Of a DNA stretch of 64,000 bases, positions 13,727-26,277 are shown piece after piece. Positions within the stretch are counted from its first letter, which is position 1; the number at the start of each line of letters is the position of its first letter. A model generated the notes under the pieces. That model saw only the letters and a program-made list of their open reading frames with translations. It was not told the origin of the DNA and did no database searches. Origin of the DNA: Octopus sinensis (lineage: Eukaryota); NCBI RefSeq assembly GCF_006345805.1, contig NC_042999.1, forward strand, positions 84,754,001 to 84,818,000, written 5' to 3'. The translations under genes were made by a program, and so were the position numbers.

Positions 13727-13902
13727 TGTGAATAATGTAGGCAAACCAAGACTGCATGCGTTACTCGGACTCCGCTGAACGTTAATAGAATGCAGAAAAC
13801 TCCAAACTGCAACGCCCATCTTCTTACCTTCGTCCGTTATCATTTGGAGCAAATAAATAAACCAAATTGATTTTAGTGTAAAATTCAGAATATATTCTTC
13901 TG

Positions 13903-14216
13903 GTGGAGGCGCAATGGTCCAGTGGTTAGGGCAGCGGGCTCGCGGTCGGAGGATCGCGGTTTCGATTCCCAGACCGGGCGTTGTGTGTGTTTATTGAGCG
14001 AAAACCTAAAGCTCCATGAGGCTCCGGCTGGGGATGGTGGCGACCCCTGTTGTACTCTTTCGCCCCAACTTTCTCTCACTCTTTCTTCCTGTTTCTTGGG
14101 TACCGATGCGATGGACTGGTGTCCCGTCCAGCTGGGGGGGAACACATATGCCACAGAAACCAGGAAACCGGGCCCATGAGCCTGGCTAGGCTTGAAAAGG
14201 GCGCATAAAATAAATA
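13903..14216 (+). mobile_element. Full-length tRNA-derived SINE, head A + tail 1, with perfect 14-bp TSD
   Basis: Pol III A box (TGGTCCAGTGGTTAGG) and B box (GGTTTCGATTCCC); A-rich tail; TSD AATATATTCTTCTG at 13889-13902 and 14217-14230. Confidence 0.95.
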
Positions 14217-15029
14217 AATATATTCTTCTGACGAATAAGCTGCGTTTTCATTGGTGAGACGTGTATCAGTAAAATCCTCGATAAAACATGTACTGCGGAA
14301 TGGTAAGCATAAACTACATTTAAAAGAAAATCATATTGACTCCTCAATAGTCAAGAAACATGTAAAATATTTAAGCATCCATGTTTTGCCACAATTTTAT
14401 ATATCACAGGTGTAAATATGTAAGCTAAAATCTTCATATAATCTCTATATTCACTATACCGGCGACAGTCTCAGTGACATTAATTGTATTGGAATGATGG
14501 AATATTTCGCAGCATATTCATGTAGATATAGATGTCACAAAGTATTAGAATTAAATGATGACAATGAAGGTGTTACTGCTTCCCTCTTTAATTTTGACGT
14601 ATTATGAATATAAAATATTAAGAATATGAAGAATGGTGAGATAATACATAAACATTTCAATGAATAAAACGATCGGGGATTTTCTTTCTCTGTTTGACAC
14701 ATAACGATTAGCAATATTACAAGGAAAATATTTTATTCACTGATTTATAACTGAATTCTATAAAATTTGCCTTTTATACAGTTAAAATACATACCCACAA
14801 ACAACTACGTCTGTTTAAATGTATGACTATTAAACATTATTATATAATATTTGCGTGTGTATAGAAATATCTGAAAGACCTAGAGAGAACTAAAGCACGG
14901 TAAGATCTCAAATTTCTCTTCCCGGTACTGTATTGTGTTAGCTTTTTTTCCTTGGGGTGTGGTGCTGTCTTTTGTTGTGTCACTGCTTGTATTGTGAGTT
15001 AAGTATGTAATGCCTTATTTATATTTTAA

Positions 15030-15365
15030 TTTTTATTGTAATTTTTTTGGCGGGGGGGATTGCTGGTGAGAGTTTATTTCACTGGATAAGTGCTGTATAG
15101 AGTATTTTGAATTTGTGGCTTGTTTTGTTTAGGTTGTATTATTGAACTGATAGCATCTTACGTAGGATCTGGGCTGTTTGTAGCAGTGTGTAGTGTTGAA
15201 GATCCAAGTATAGCTTCTAAATTTTTACCTTCATGCCCCACATTTTGAATACTTCAATTTCAAGGTCTTTGTACTTCGACAATTTCTCCGCTTCACTTTC
15301 GACAATATTTTGGTCAGAAGGGAATGCAATGTCTATCAGTAAGCAGGTGTTTTTTCTCCAATTAG
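15030..15365 (-). mobile_element. 3' fragment of R4/Dong-type non-LTR retrotransposon (REL endonuclease)
   Basis: CLLIDIAFPSDQNIVESEAEKLSKYKDLEIEV..MW followed by LLQTAQILRKML, typical of the REL-domain C-terminus. Confidence 0.85.
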
Positions 15366-15370
15366 TATTA

Positions 15371-15599
15371 AGGCAGCGAGCAAGCAGTATATTTATCACG
15401 CCAGGCGAAATTTTTAGCGATATTTCCTCTGCCGCTGCGTTCTGAGTTCAAATTCCGCCGAGGTCGACTTTGCCTTTCATCGTTTCGGTTAAATAAGTAC
15501 TAGTTACGCACTGGGGACGATGTAATCGATTTAGACCCTTCCCCAAAATTTGAGGCCTTGTGCTTCCAGTAGAACGGATTATTATTATTATTATTATTA

Positions 15600-15636
<37 letters not shown>
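15371..15636 (+). mobile_element. SINE family D with (ATT)n tail
   Basis: gttctgagttcaaattccgccgaggtcgactttgcctttcatc; (ATT)n at 15578-15636. Confidence 0.9.
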
Positions 15637-15840
15637 TGCAAGATCCAATTGAATCTGTAACTGGAAGAACACTACAGAAGAGCAGAATGGATGCTACAAA
15701 GACACAAAACGAGTATGTTGAAACATAGGGTACCACCATTAAAAACATGCATTCTTACTAAATAACAACGAATCTTGCCGATTCAGACAGTAGAAAAAAG
15801 TATATAAAGTATGCCATTCCACCATTAGAAATGGAATATT

Positions 15841-16054
15841 GCTTCCTAATTTTGGCACAACGCTGGCAGTTTTGGGGTAGGGGTAAATCAATAACATCGA
15901 CCCCTGTACTCAACTGCTACTTATTTTATCTACCTCGAAACGATTAAAGCTGAAGTCGGCCTCGGTGGCATTTGAACTCAGGACGTAAAGACGGACAAAA
16001 TGCCGCTAAGCATTTTCCAGGCGTACTAACGATTCTGTCAGCGCGTTGTCTTAA
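15841..16054 (-). mobile_element. SINE family D with 17-bp TSD
   Basis: TSD ATTAGAAAT(G/A)GAATATT at 15824-15840 and 16055-16071. Confidence 0.9.
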
Positions 16055-16457
16055 ATTAGAAATAGAATATTACAAGGGGGTTTCATCTTTACGTTGCATG
16101 TCTGCCTTTAACCGGCACGTTACTCATGACCGGATCTAGATAGAAATGTTCTTGTAGAACAGTCAAGTGTCGTATAAATAAATATGAATCCCATTAAGCA
16201 GCATACTGAAAGTAACAAACATTCGTAAAGACAGTGTCTAAATTTATTAAAGGAATTTATTAAAGAAAGATTAGAATTTAAAAGATAAGATATGCCAAAA
16301 AAAACTTGACGAAAGGAAAATTAATTCGAAAACTAAAATTATGATAAGCTGAGAGGTGAGAGTTACCAAAAATACAGACAAAAGTCAATTGGAGCCATTG
16401 AATAGACAGTATACTACACAAATAGAAAAAATATTTTAGAACGAATATTATTGGCAT

Positions 16458-16600
16458 ATACGAGTAGTGCTGAAAAATTCAAGGCTTTGGATAAAAGAAA
16501 ATACAGGAGGATTAGTTAATTAGGATTTTATCCAACATACTCCCCTCTCCGATTCACACACTTATTGCAGCTATCCTTCAGTTTTCGCGACACCCTTAAA
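16458..16600 (+). mobile_element. mariner-type left end / MITE fragment
   Basis: TACGAGtaGTGcTGAAAAaTTC is similar to the TIR at 40687; followed by caacatactcccct...acacacttattgcagc, typical of mariner 5' ends. Confidence 0.55.
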
Positions 16601-17330
16601 ACCAGGATCTTTTCAGTAACCCTTATTAATGTTTAAACACGGCGAAATGCAAAATGTAGGATAATAGTGTCAATATATTGGTTAACCAAAGGGTACGTTA
16701 TAGTTACGTTTATAATTTGCAGCCTAACAATCCAGCAAGTCTGGTCAGAATTACAGGAAAAAAAATCATTGCATTTAGAATAGAGCAACCGAAATCTGAC
16801 AAAGAAAGAAAATATTTAAACTGACTACGAATTCATTAGTCTTTCTGCAACTAGAAAGCCACTTTAAATATCTACTGTTGGACTACAAATATATATAACA
16901 TATATAATATATATAATATATAATAAGTTTAGAAAAATCTAATATAGTAGTGATAAATACAATTAAAACAAAGCACAGTTTTCTGTTTTCATGAAAGCCA
17001 ACAAACACAAAAACAGTGACGTAATTTGATAAAAAGTTATGAGAAGGAGAGAGAAGCACAGTAGAAATTGTAAAAATGCTGTAAACAGCTCAAACAGTGA
17101 TTACAGTATTACATGCTAAAATCTATAGAAGCAAAAGCCCTACGTGGTCAGTAAAGCTAATATGCTGGAAATAGATAAAGAAAATTGGCAACAAGTTGTG
17201 AAGTGCCAGTCTCAAAGTTAAGATTGAAGGATTCTTGATCGCTGTACACAAACTTCCTCAGGATAGAAACCATACAAAGTGGAATACATTACGTAAGAGC
17301 TGCACTGAATTCCGAGCTAAATTAATAATG

Positions 17331-17549
17331 GTTTCCAATTTTGGCACAGGAGCAGCACTTTTTGAGGGGAGGGGGAAGTTGATAACATCGCCCATAGTTT
17401 ATGGCTAGTACTAATTTTTTTATCGACCCGGAAAGGCTGAAAGGCAAAGCTGACCTGGACTGAACGAGATTTTAGCTCGGAACGAAAAGACAGAAGAAAG
17501 GCCGCTAAGCATTCTGCCCATGCTAATGACTCTGCTGGCTTACCAGCCT
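17331..17549 (-). mobile_element. SINE family D with perfect 17-bp TSD
   Basis: TSD GAGCTAAATTAATAATG at 17314-17330 and 17550-17566. Confidence 0.9.
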
Positions 17550-17824
17550 GAGCTAAATTAATAATGACAAGAAAGATGCTAAATGAAGATGATTATGATA
17601 ATGATGATGATGATGATGCTGATGATGATGATGATAACGACGACTATGACGACGGAGCCGGTGGCGGCGGCAGCGACTTAAGATAAGAGGAAGAAGTGGA
17701 AGAGGCGTAGAAAGGAGGGAGGGAGAAGTAAAGCTGGGGTAGAAGTTGTAAAAGATGACAGTGACCAACCCAAGCAAGAGTAGAAGTAGGAGGAAGAGAA
17801 AGAGGAAAAGAAACGAGAGGAGGA

Positions 17825-17948
17825 GAAGAAGAAGAAGAAGAAGAAGAAGAAGAAGAAGAAGAAGAAGAAGAAGAAAAAGAAGAAGAAGAAGAAGAAGAAG
17901 AAGAAGAAGAAGAAGAAGAAGAAGAAGAAGAAGAAGAAGAAGAAGAAG
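17825..17948. repeat. (GAA)n microsatellite
   Basis: About 40 units. Confidence 0.97.
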
Positions 17949-19484
17949 CAGTTAACCTGCCCACGCCAAGAAAGAATACATTTACAGTCGCGACACGTTT
18001 ACCGGTAATTATGTCGCTATTATGATCTAACAACGGAAAACTCATAGTACAAACGTACACCAGATAAAGGTGTGGAAGAATGAATGTCAAAGCGACTGCA
18101 TTCTGGAAATACCAGCGAAAGCAAATAGATAATTGAGGCCTGATCTGCCGCATTATTTTCACAAGGACTACAGGAAATGACTGTATCAGTTTCAATATAT
18201 AATGATGTATCATTCAAAAGCATTAAGGAATTACCTAGACATACAGATAATCAGAATTCGGGGAATAAAATCAGAAACAACAATGCTAGGATACATACGA
18301 TCAATAAAAATTACAAAAAATTACAAGTTTGCCAAAGAAACACCATTAACCACATACTATAGAAAACATTGCATCATTCTAACGTTCACCAATCTGCACT
18401 GAAAGTATGCAATAAAATTAAGAATATTAAATAATAATTGTTTCAAATTTTTACAAAATTTTACAATTTTTTTTAAATGACGGTGCCCCAGCATGGCCAC
18501 AGCTCGTGAGCTGAAACTAGTTGAAATTTAAAAAATAAAAAAAATACCAGCAATATTTTACTTGATTGCACTTATTTCATTGACACCGAAATATTGAAAG
18601 GCAAAGTCAACCCACTAGAAAATATTTCAAAAGGAAAATTAGGCTGGAATAGAATTTGATATCTTGATTCTGATGTGATCTGAGACATTGGACATGATTC
18701 TTGACGTAATAGAGATGCAAGAATGGCAACAAAGTTGCTAGTGGAGTGTGGATGACAGAATTGTGGCAACACCTATCTGTTAAAGGCCTTCTGTCCCCAA
18801 TAACAATAGAATGTGTCATGTGAAAGAAGGCCTTCATTCATCAACTGCAACATCTACAGGGCAACATCTACAGCAACGACAACACCAACAACAGCGTGTA
18901 ACCGCAGCAGCAGTCTAGTGGATGTATCATAAGCTATAATAATAGACGCAGTCGCTAATACAATGACAAAAATACAAAATACAAAATAAAACAATGACAA
19001 ATAATAGTGGAAGCAACTAAGGTAAAAACAATAAAAGCAGTACTGCTCCGAAGGTCACACATCAGTGACACCAGTGACAATAACAGTAATAGAAAACCAA
19101 AATAAATCAACAAAATATGAACAACAGAACAAAACTACACCCCATCTTCCAAGACACGACTGCATCCACTTCTGTGCATTCAGACATGTTGTATAGCAGA
19201 TGTCATGATGAAGAAATTAAATGGCAAGAAAGAAAAACAAAAGAAAAAAACATGCCCCCTAAAATGAGGCTAAGAAGTTCGAGAGAAGAGGAGAGATGTA
19301 AATGAATACCGATACACCAACACTATGTCCAATAAAACCAATACTATTAATCCCATCTTATTCATCATCCCAATCGTGATTACATCTGCTATTCCACAAC
19401 AATAATGTAAATGGTCCTCTTTTTTTTTCTTATTCAGAATAAGAAGTAAAAATTCATATGAATAGAGATCGCTATGGACGCACG

Positions 19485-20900
19485 ACCAATTGCAGAGAGA
19501 CTTCACGTCACTAGATATAGATGAGCCGGCCATCAGGGAGACCTGTATTTCCGAGGTACCAGCCATCACACCCACTTTCAGTTACTACTAGGTGCACACG
19601 CTCCCATGTCAGCTACCTTCAGGAGATGGAGACGCTGTGTTGTTTCGAAAATATCAGTGCTTATCCATGTACCTATGTGCAGTTAGGCATCTGGAGAAGC
19701 AAGTCCAGGCGGTCCAACAGAGTCATGGTTGGACGGATCAGTGACATTGTTCGATGTTTAGTTCGGTGTCTCTTCCTAGTTGAGATGAACTGGGTAGAGA
19801 TGACAAATAGGGTAGCCAGTCTCCTCAGAAATGGGTCAAGAGGAAACTATTCCAGAAGGATGGAGCAGAGGTGGTGAATTCTTACAATGCCTTCAACTAT
19901 TACCACCTGTCATGCTTTACCTTAAATCACGTCTTATCAGACTAAAGCATTTAGGTTTTAGCCTTTTGTAGAAGAAACATGATCTACTGGTCACACATTT
20001 GACCTGAGGATAGAATATATCGTGGTTAGTGATGTGCAGACATGCACTGAAGTTACAACGGCAAAAGAATGATATTCCACAGCTTGTCTGTTTCACGGAG
20101 TTATAGTCCTAAAAAAGAGAAGTCCGAGACAAGGCGCTTAACACCAATTAGGCAATACACCAAAATTCCACATTGTCGTTCTATACAGAATTAGTGGCTG
20201 AAAAAACTGATAACGTTTTCAGGGAAACTCAGGACATGATGAAAATCCACCGGCTGATCTCTTCTGGAGAACTTTCAATCTGTGACCCGTGAATAATTTC
20301 GAGTAATCTCTGGTCAAACAGGCGAGATTGGGGTTATTGCCAAGTTAGAGATGAACTTTACTTGAATGGAAATGTCCAAGATGCTCAGATATGGATGAAA
20401 CTCTTCTACATACACCTGGTGAGTGCTCGAGCATCAGTTGCTTGTAGAGTTAAGTCGAATAGTTGTTGCCACATAGGGACAGACCCAGCTATCATCGGAG
20501 TTCTTTGTGAAAATCGCTCCATCCTCTTACTTTGTCCAGGAAGAGTAGACCATTTTTATATTTCGGGTGGTCAATGGCAAAAGAGACTGTGTAGTGGACA
20601 AGATTGAAATGTTTGAAGGCAGACACTTTCCCCTTTAGGGAAAGCCTCATCAATTTTCTGCCTTCCAGAAAATTTGTTGAAAGTTGACCGGGAATGCTGA
20701 ATATAGTTTGAGTATACGGGCCTGGTTTGAGTATGCATTTTTGGAACTGGAGGAGGGCAGAATACACAGGGGGCGCTTGCTCCGATGGTCAGATTACCGC
20801 TCTTTCGTGGGTTTCCTCAGTTAAACAGATAAGTCTCCTCCAGTCGGGAAAATTGTCCTCATAAAAACTTTGTTTTTACTTTATACGTAAAAGCACGCTT
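19485..20900 (+). mobile_element. Decayed, internally deleted L1/Tx1-type LINE
   Basis: CPRCSDMDETLLHTPGEC at 20373-20426 is the C-terminal CCHC zinc knuckle of L1-clade ORF2, followed by MAKETV*WTRLK. QRDFTSLDID..AIRET near 19493 weakly resembles the AP-endonuclease start. Confidence 0.7.
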
Positions 20901-21059
20901 AATCCCTTGAGGCTGATAAGAAACCATTTTTTTAACCTACACAAATCTGCTATTCGATTGTGAATTATTTCTGTCGTGAAAGAGATATTCCTCCAAAGGG
21001 GTTTTAAAGTATAATAAATAGAAAATTCAATTCTCTAACCAAATGAGAAATATTAAAAT

Positions 21060-21203
21060 ATTCTTCTTCTTCTTCTTCTTCTTCTTCTTCTTCTTCTTCT
21101 TCTTCTTCTTCTTCTTCTTCTTCTTCTTCTTCTTCTTCTTCTTCTTCTTCTTCTTCTTCTTCTTCTTCTCCTTTGTCTTCTTTTAATAATAATAATAATA
21201 ATA

Positions 21204-21244
<41 letters not shown>

Positions 21245-21250
21245 CATTAT
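21060..21250. repeat. (TTC)n followed by (TAA)n/(TTA)n
   Basis: Direct trinucleotide runs. Confidence 0.95.
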
Positions 21251-21798
21251 TCCCAAAGGCGGCTTCATTAAGGAAGAAAAATTAGAGGAAATGCAACCTG
21301 GGCATTATGAGTCATGGAAAAATTCTCTCAGATCCATGCAACATGTATCATATAACGTGCCTCCGCATTTAAACCGGAAGGGGAAGAAACGCAAAATAAT
21401 AATAATAATAAACAACAATCCAAAATGGTTAATTTTTAACAGATATTTTCATTTTCTTTTTAGGGATGCGATATTGATGGTGTTGTTGTATTCAGTGACA
21501 GAACGAATGAATGAATCATCATTCATTTAAATTCCTTCCTCTTGTGTTTTGGTAATCGTTATGGATGGTTGATAGTTTCACTTTTGTTGTTGTTGTCGAG
21601 GAGGATGGTGGGAATGTGTGTCTGTTGTCACTGTCATTAATTAGTCAGGACGAATAACTAATGCGTCATTGTAAACCACATTGGAAAGCTTAATCCTACT
21701 GTCCATGATTGCTTGGACAAGACAACAAAAATAACATAGCGATATGACAGTAATATCGATTTATTAAAAATAATACTTTATTATTGTTGCTGCTGCTG

Positions 21799-21837
<39 letters not shown>

Positions 21838-22264
21838 TTAGTACTGCTGTTGCTGCTGCAACTAATACTCCTACTATAATGTTCTTAAATGCATTATTTT
21901 GAAATCGACCTTAATTGCAACTGGGTCAATTGAGTTGAGGATTTATGGTCGCAATTCATTCCATTCAGTGGAAGAGGACTTCACAATGCAATACTTTCTC
22001 CTACTTAACCTTTTGACAATTTAGGGAACGTTTTCGAATATGTTCACATATTTTAATGGATTTAGTACAACATTTTGAATCAATTCTAAGATTAGATTTT
22101 GAAAATTAATAGAACGATATTTTGATAAAATGGCAGACTGGCTAGTTTAGTGCACATTGGATAAACATTTCATTTCCTTCTATCGAAGGGACTTTTCTTT
22201 CTTGCAGTAAAATAATTTATTGCCGTTTGTGAATATAGAAATATTGCTTAATATCGAAATAAAA

Positions 22265-22482
22265 GCGGCGAGCTGGCAGAAACGTTAGCACACCGGGCGA
22301 AATGCTTAGCAGTATTTTGCCTGTCTTTACGTTCTGAGTTCAAATTCCGCCGAGGTCGACTTTACCTTTCATCCCTTCGGGATCGATAAATTAAGTACCA
22401 GTTACGTACTGAGGTCGATCTAATCGACTGACTCCCTCCCCAAAAATTTCAGGCCTTGTGCCGAGAGTAAAACAACAATATT
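22265..22482 (+). mobile_element. Full-length SINE family D with 13-bp TSD
   Basis: Head gcggcgagctggcagaaacgttagc, B box GAGTTCAAATTCC; TSD TATCGAAATA(A/G)AA at 22252-22264 and 22483-22495. Confidence 0.93.
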
Positions 22483-22679
22483 TATCGAAATAGAACATCA
22501 ATATTTTTCTCGAAATATATTGTATATGTGTTTTTATCGTACTGTCATGTTATGTCACTTATGTTTACATTATATTTAAATGGCTTGTTCGTGTCTGCGA
22601 TGCTCCTCCCGCCCTCTCTCAGAAACTGCGTGCTTTTCACTCAGCTGTTCAACTTTTGGAAGACCTTAACCTGGTATGA

Positions 22680-24120
22680 AATGATACCTTCGTGAAACAA
22701 ATGGTCCTTAATTAAGAGAATTCAAAAAAGCTACAGCAAATCCCTTCAACAGAAACTCCTCCAACATTGCATTTCTAAAAATATTATGGCACCTTAAGCA
22801 GTAACCCTCACCTCTAACTTTGCTGCCCGCTTTGCATCAAATTTCACACTGAACACACTTGACCATCCTCACATACTACATTCCATTCCATTCCACCATG
22901 CCCTCCATACCACATACATAACATGGCCAAATGCGGAAAATCTATCTGTGGCTTCAAACAAAGTCACTTGACGCTATTTCTTCCATTTCACCCTTGCGTT
23001 TAGTTACTGAACTCGTCACTTTAACTTGTCACACTCTACAGAATCACGCTTTAGTGTGTCCCATTCCAGCAATAATCATCCAACCTGACGCAGACAATTG
23101 CCCTCCCCTCAAACATATTTAAGGTATTAACAGCTATTAACAATATCGCACTACAAAAACACTCTTTCTCCTTCTCTCGCTTTCCTTCTCTGCCAACAGT
23201 GTCAGCGGAGCCATATCGACTAGTACCTCTCTCTCTCCCTCTCTTTCGCTCTCTCTTCTCTCTCCCTCTCTTATGTCATTTACAAGTCGGCTGTCGTTTT
23301 AGAGAAGATAGATGAAAGAAACATTGTCGTCCTAAATGTCAGATAATCCTTTGATCGTGTCTGGCATGAAAATATACCAAATCTCCCCACCTATGAGCTC
23401 TCACTTTTGGGATAACAAACTTCCTACCTGATCGCAGGCAACACACACATCCCACACCAAACCTACATTAATTTCATAAACAGAGATTTTGAGAACATCC
23501 TTCAGTGAGACCAAATGCGTTCTATCAAGAGCAAAAGAAAAATTTCAAACCCTACTTATATCAAGTATACACCACTCATATATTAAATATGAGTGGCACT
23601 CAGGGTCCACACTGTGACTCACTAACCCCTAAGATTTTCTTTTAATTATAACAAATCCTTAATAAATCTAGGACTACCTCAACAAGTCCTTCTTTTATGG
23701 GCCAGAAACTATTCACTCCACCGCCCCACAGCTGTTGATACCCTACAAGACTAAAGTAAAGGTTACTATAGAGTATTGTTCCTACATCTAGGATAATGAT
23801 GTTGCTATGCTCACAAATGTTCTGGACCGCATCAGAGAAGGGTCACTAACATATATGCTCTAGCTTCATAACCGTAAACGTATTGCCTCTTCTTTCTATC
23901 TTTTCGATCGCTACTCTGATAGCTTCAGTTCCTAGGAAAAGGCTGGTCTTTTACCTCTACCACTCAAGCACGCCTGCCCCACACGCCTTTTCACCACCCA
24001 TCAGTTCTGTTGCGTTGCAGCACTGTATTAGGCATTATGTCAGTCTTTTCTCTCCAGAATATGCCTGAAAATATTGATCTCATCAGTTTCAGAGGGACAT
24101 TAATAGTATCAATTCCACCT
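22680..24120 (+). mobile_element. Decayed CR1-group LINE RT region
   Basis: Motifs in order: FAARFASNFTL; SFDRVWH (cf. KAFDRVWH); QLLIPYK..IEYCSYI (cf. LYK..RPxMEYCSHIW); LDRI. Many stops and frameshifts. Confidence 0.75.
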
Positions 24121-25334
24121 GCCTCGGAGGGCCTGCACAGGTCCTAGGGAATGCCCTTTTCTCTATACATATCTTCCTCCAGTGAGAAAACTATGCTTGG
24201 CCTCAGTTTCTTTAGCTGCGAAATAAGTGCCATAAGGTTGTGAACTGAAGCAGTCATTAGAGTTCTGGTAGAATGCCTACGCCACCCAATTCACTTTCTT
24301 TTTTTATTCCTTCAGTGTGGATGAAAAGTGTTTTAGCGGGACGGTGGGGTGGGGCCAGAAGTGTCTGAAAACGACCCCAATACATGGCAGAATTTGTTGC
24401 GGCTCTTCGTATTCTGAGTTGAAAGCCAACCCTAGTCGATGATGTTGTAGATTTAATCCATTAGCCAGTATAGCATCACTACCTGGTATCTTGGATGTCT
24501 TTATTTGACTCCAGCCTCCCAGTTGAGAATAACTTTCTCTTACCGTCGCTCCATCTTGAAAGCTATATGAAGGAACAGCCTAGGCCTGCACCCACCACGG
24601 ACCAGCATTTTATAATAATACATTACCTGGTGAAAGTAAACCTTCAATAAACCTTCTCTACAATATATTACGAGTTCAACAGAATTTACAGCATTCAATG
24701 TCCTAGAATCGCCATTATCGACAAAGTGCTCCATATTTTAGCATCTTTTTGCTATTCATTTTAAGTCACTTAAACTTCGTAACTGTGCTTGCTAGTCGCA
24801 TGCCAGCAATTCAATTATATGATCTTCTGGTATATAAGCAGATTGAGCATGTTTGATACATTTTGTGAGTATAGTAAAAATGTAAATGAAAATTTCTGGT
24901 GCTTGGTTCTAGTTTTATGAGCTAGATAGGCGAGAGATAAATACTAAAAGTTAAACATAAGCGTTTACTGCGAGTAACGTTCCCCAAAATTGAAGTATCT
25001 TGTTACGACAGCTAGCAGTAGTGTTGGATGTATTATTAAGTGTAAACCCCAAATACAGGACGAGACGTGAATGAAATTGGAATGGAGCGTTATCAGATGA
25101 AGAAGGTAGTACAAAAACAATATAGAAATATGAAAATCAGTTTTGGAAAAAGAAAAGAAATAGCAATGCATTACAGATAGAGGAAGAGGAAATATGATGT
25201 AACAGCCAGAACGAAATTTATGTGGCTTCTACAGGTAATAAATGTCTCGAGCTGAAATTTGTCTACGATAAAGGTGAGAAGCAAAGACGAAGATAATCAA
25301 GAAAAACTACACAAATACCCATATAAATATAAAT

Positions 25335-25336
25335 GT

Positions 25337-25379
<43 letters not shown>

Positions 25380-25518
25380 TATATACGTACATATATATAT
25401 ATATATATATATATTTATACGTACATATATATATATATATTTCTATATACGTACATATGTATATACATATATACATATGTATGTATGCATACGCACACAC
25501 TCACATATATACACACAC

Positions 25519-25605
<87 letters not shown>
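25335..25605. repeat. Compound (TA)n/(TG)n microsatellite
   Basis: Direct runs. Confidence 0.9.
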
Positions 25606-25607
<2 letters not shown>

Positions 25608-26041
25608 CTTGTGTATGCATATAAATAGTTAACATGAATCAATCGGTTATACATATATAGACACATACATTGAGATGATAATACTTCTACATCATATTCT
25701 GAAATTCTTGGATATATTAATTACTCTACCTACATCAAAATATGAATAGGAACATGAATTATGCACCGTGTTATTAACACACACACACACGCACAGTCGC
25801 CAACATGACACTTCGAGCAATAAAGCATCCTCGCTACAAAATGTTAGACTCTGAGCTAGAGTTGGACATATAGAGAGATTATGAAGGTTTTTCTGGCAAC
25901 AGTAATAGAATTAGCTTTATGATTACACCAGTTCTGGCGTAGCTGATTTCTGTTGATTCCTTCATACGTGAATATCAGCATGAATTTGAAAAAGAAAATC
26001 GTTTTGAATTCAAAAGTTAAGGTCCTGTTGTAATGTTATTA

Positions 26042-26277
26042 AAAAATAAATGCGCCCTGTTAAAGCTTTGCCAGGCTCAATGGCCCGGTTTCCTGGTTTC
26101 TATGGCGTATGTGTTCCCCATCGCAGTATTACTCATTTTTGCCAGCTGAGTGGACTGGAGCAACGTGAAATGAAGTGTTTTGCTCAAAAGCACAACGCGT
26201 CGTCCTGTCCAGGAAGCGAAACCACAATCTTATGATCATGTTGCTGACACCCTAATCACTAAGCCACGCGCCTCCAC
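26042..26277 (-). mobile_element. tRNA-derived SINE, head B + CORE-like body + tail 1, with 13-bp TSD
   Basis: Tail matches 14140-14210; body gaagtgttttgctcaa..gcacaac; TSD TGTAATGT(T/C)ATTA at 26029-26041 and 26278-26290. Confidence 0.88.

Larger units (their letters stand above)
15640..17270 (+). mobile_element. Heavily decayed R4/Dong-type RT region, interrupted by a SINE and a mariner end
   Basis: Scattered motifs in the expected order: EEQNGC (EQKGC), GESY, PKSDKER, LKVKIEGFLIAV (LKxETEGFxxAxQ). Confidence 0.55.

Noticed and set aside
13903-13980. tRNA gene (A and B boxes present)
   Set aside because: It continues into a SINE body and tail bounded by a TSD and recurs in several copies, so it is a SINE head.
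17644-18213. 189-aa ORF with poly-Ser
   Set aside because: Its length is due to (GAA)n read-through; no recognisable domain.
24540-24734. Short non-repetitive ORFs (also 26942-27136, 30488-30742, 50221-50484)
   Set aside because: No recognisable motifs or convincing splice-site pairs; lengths expected by chance.
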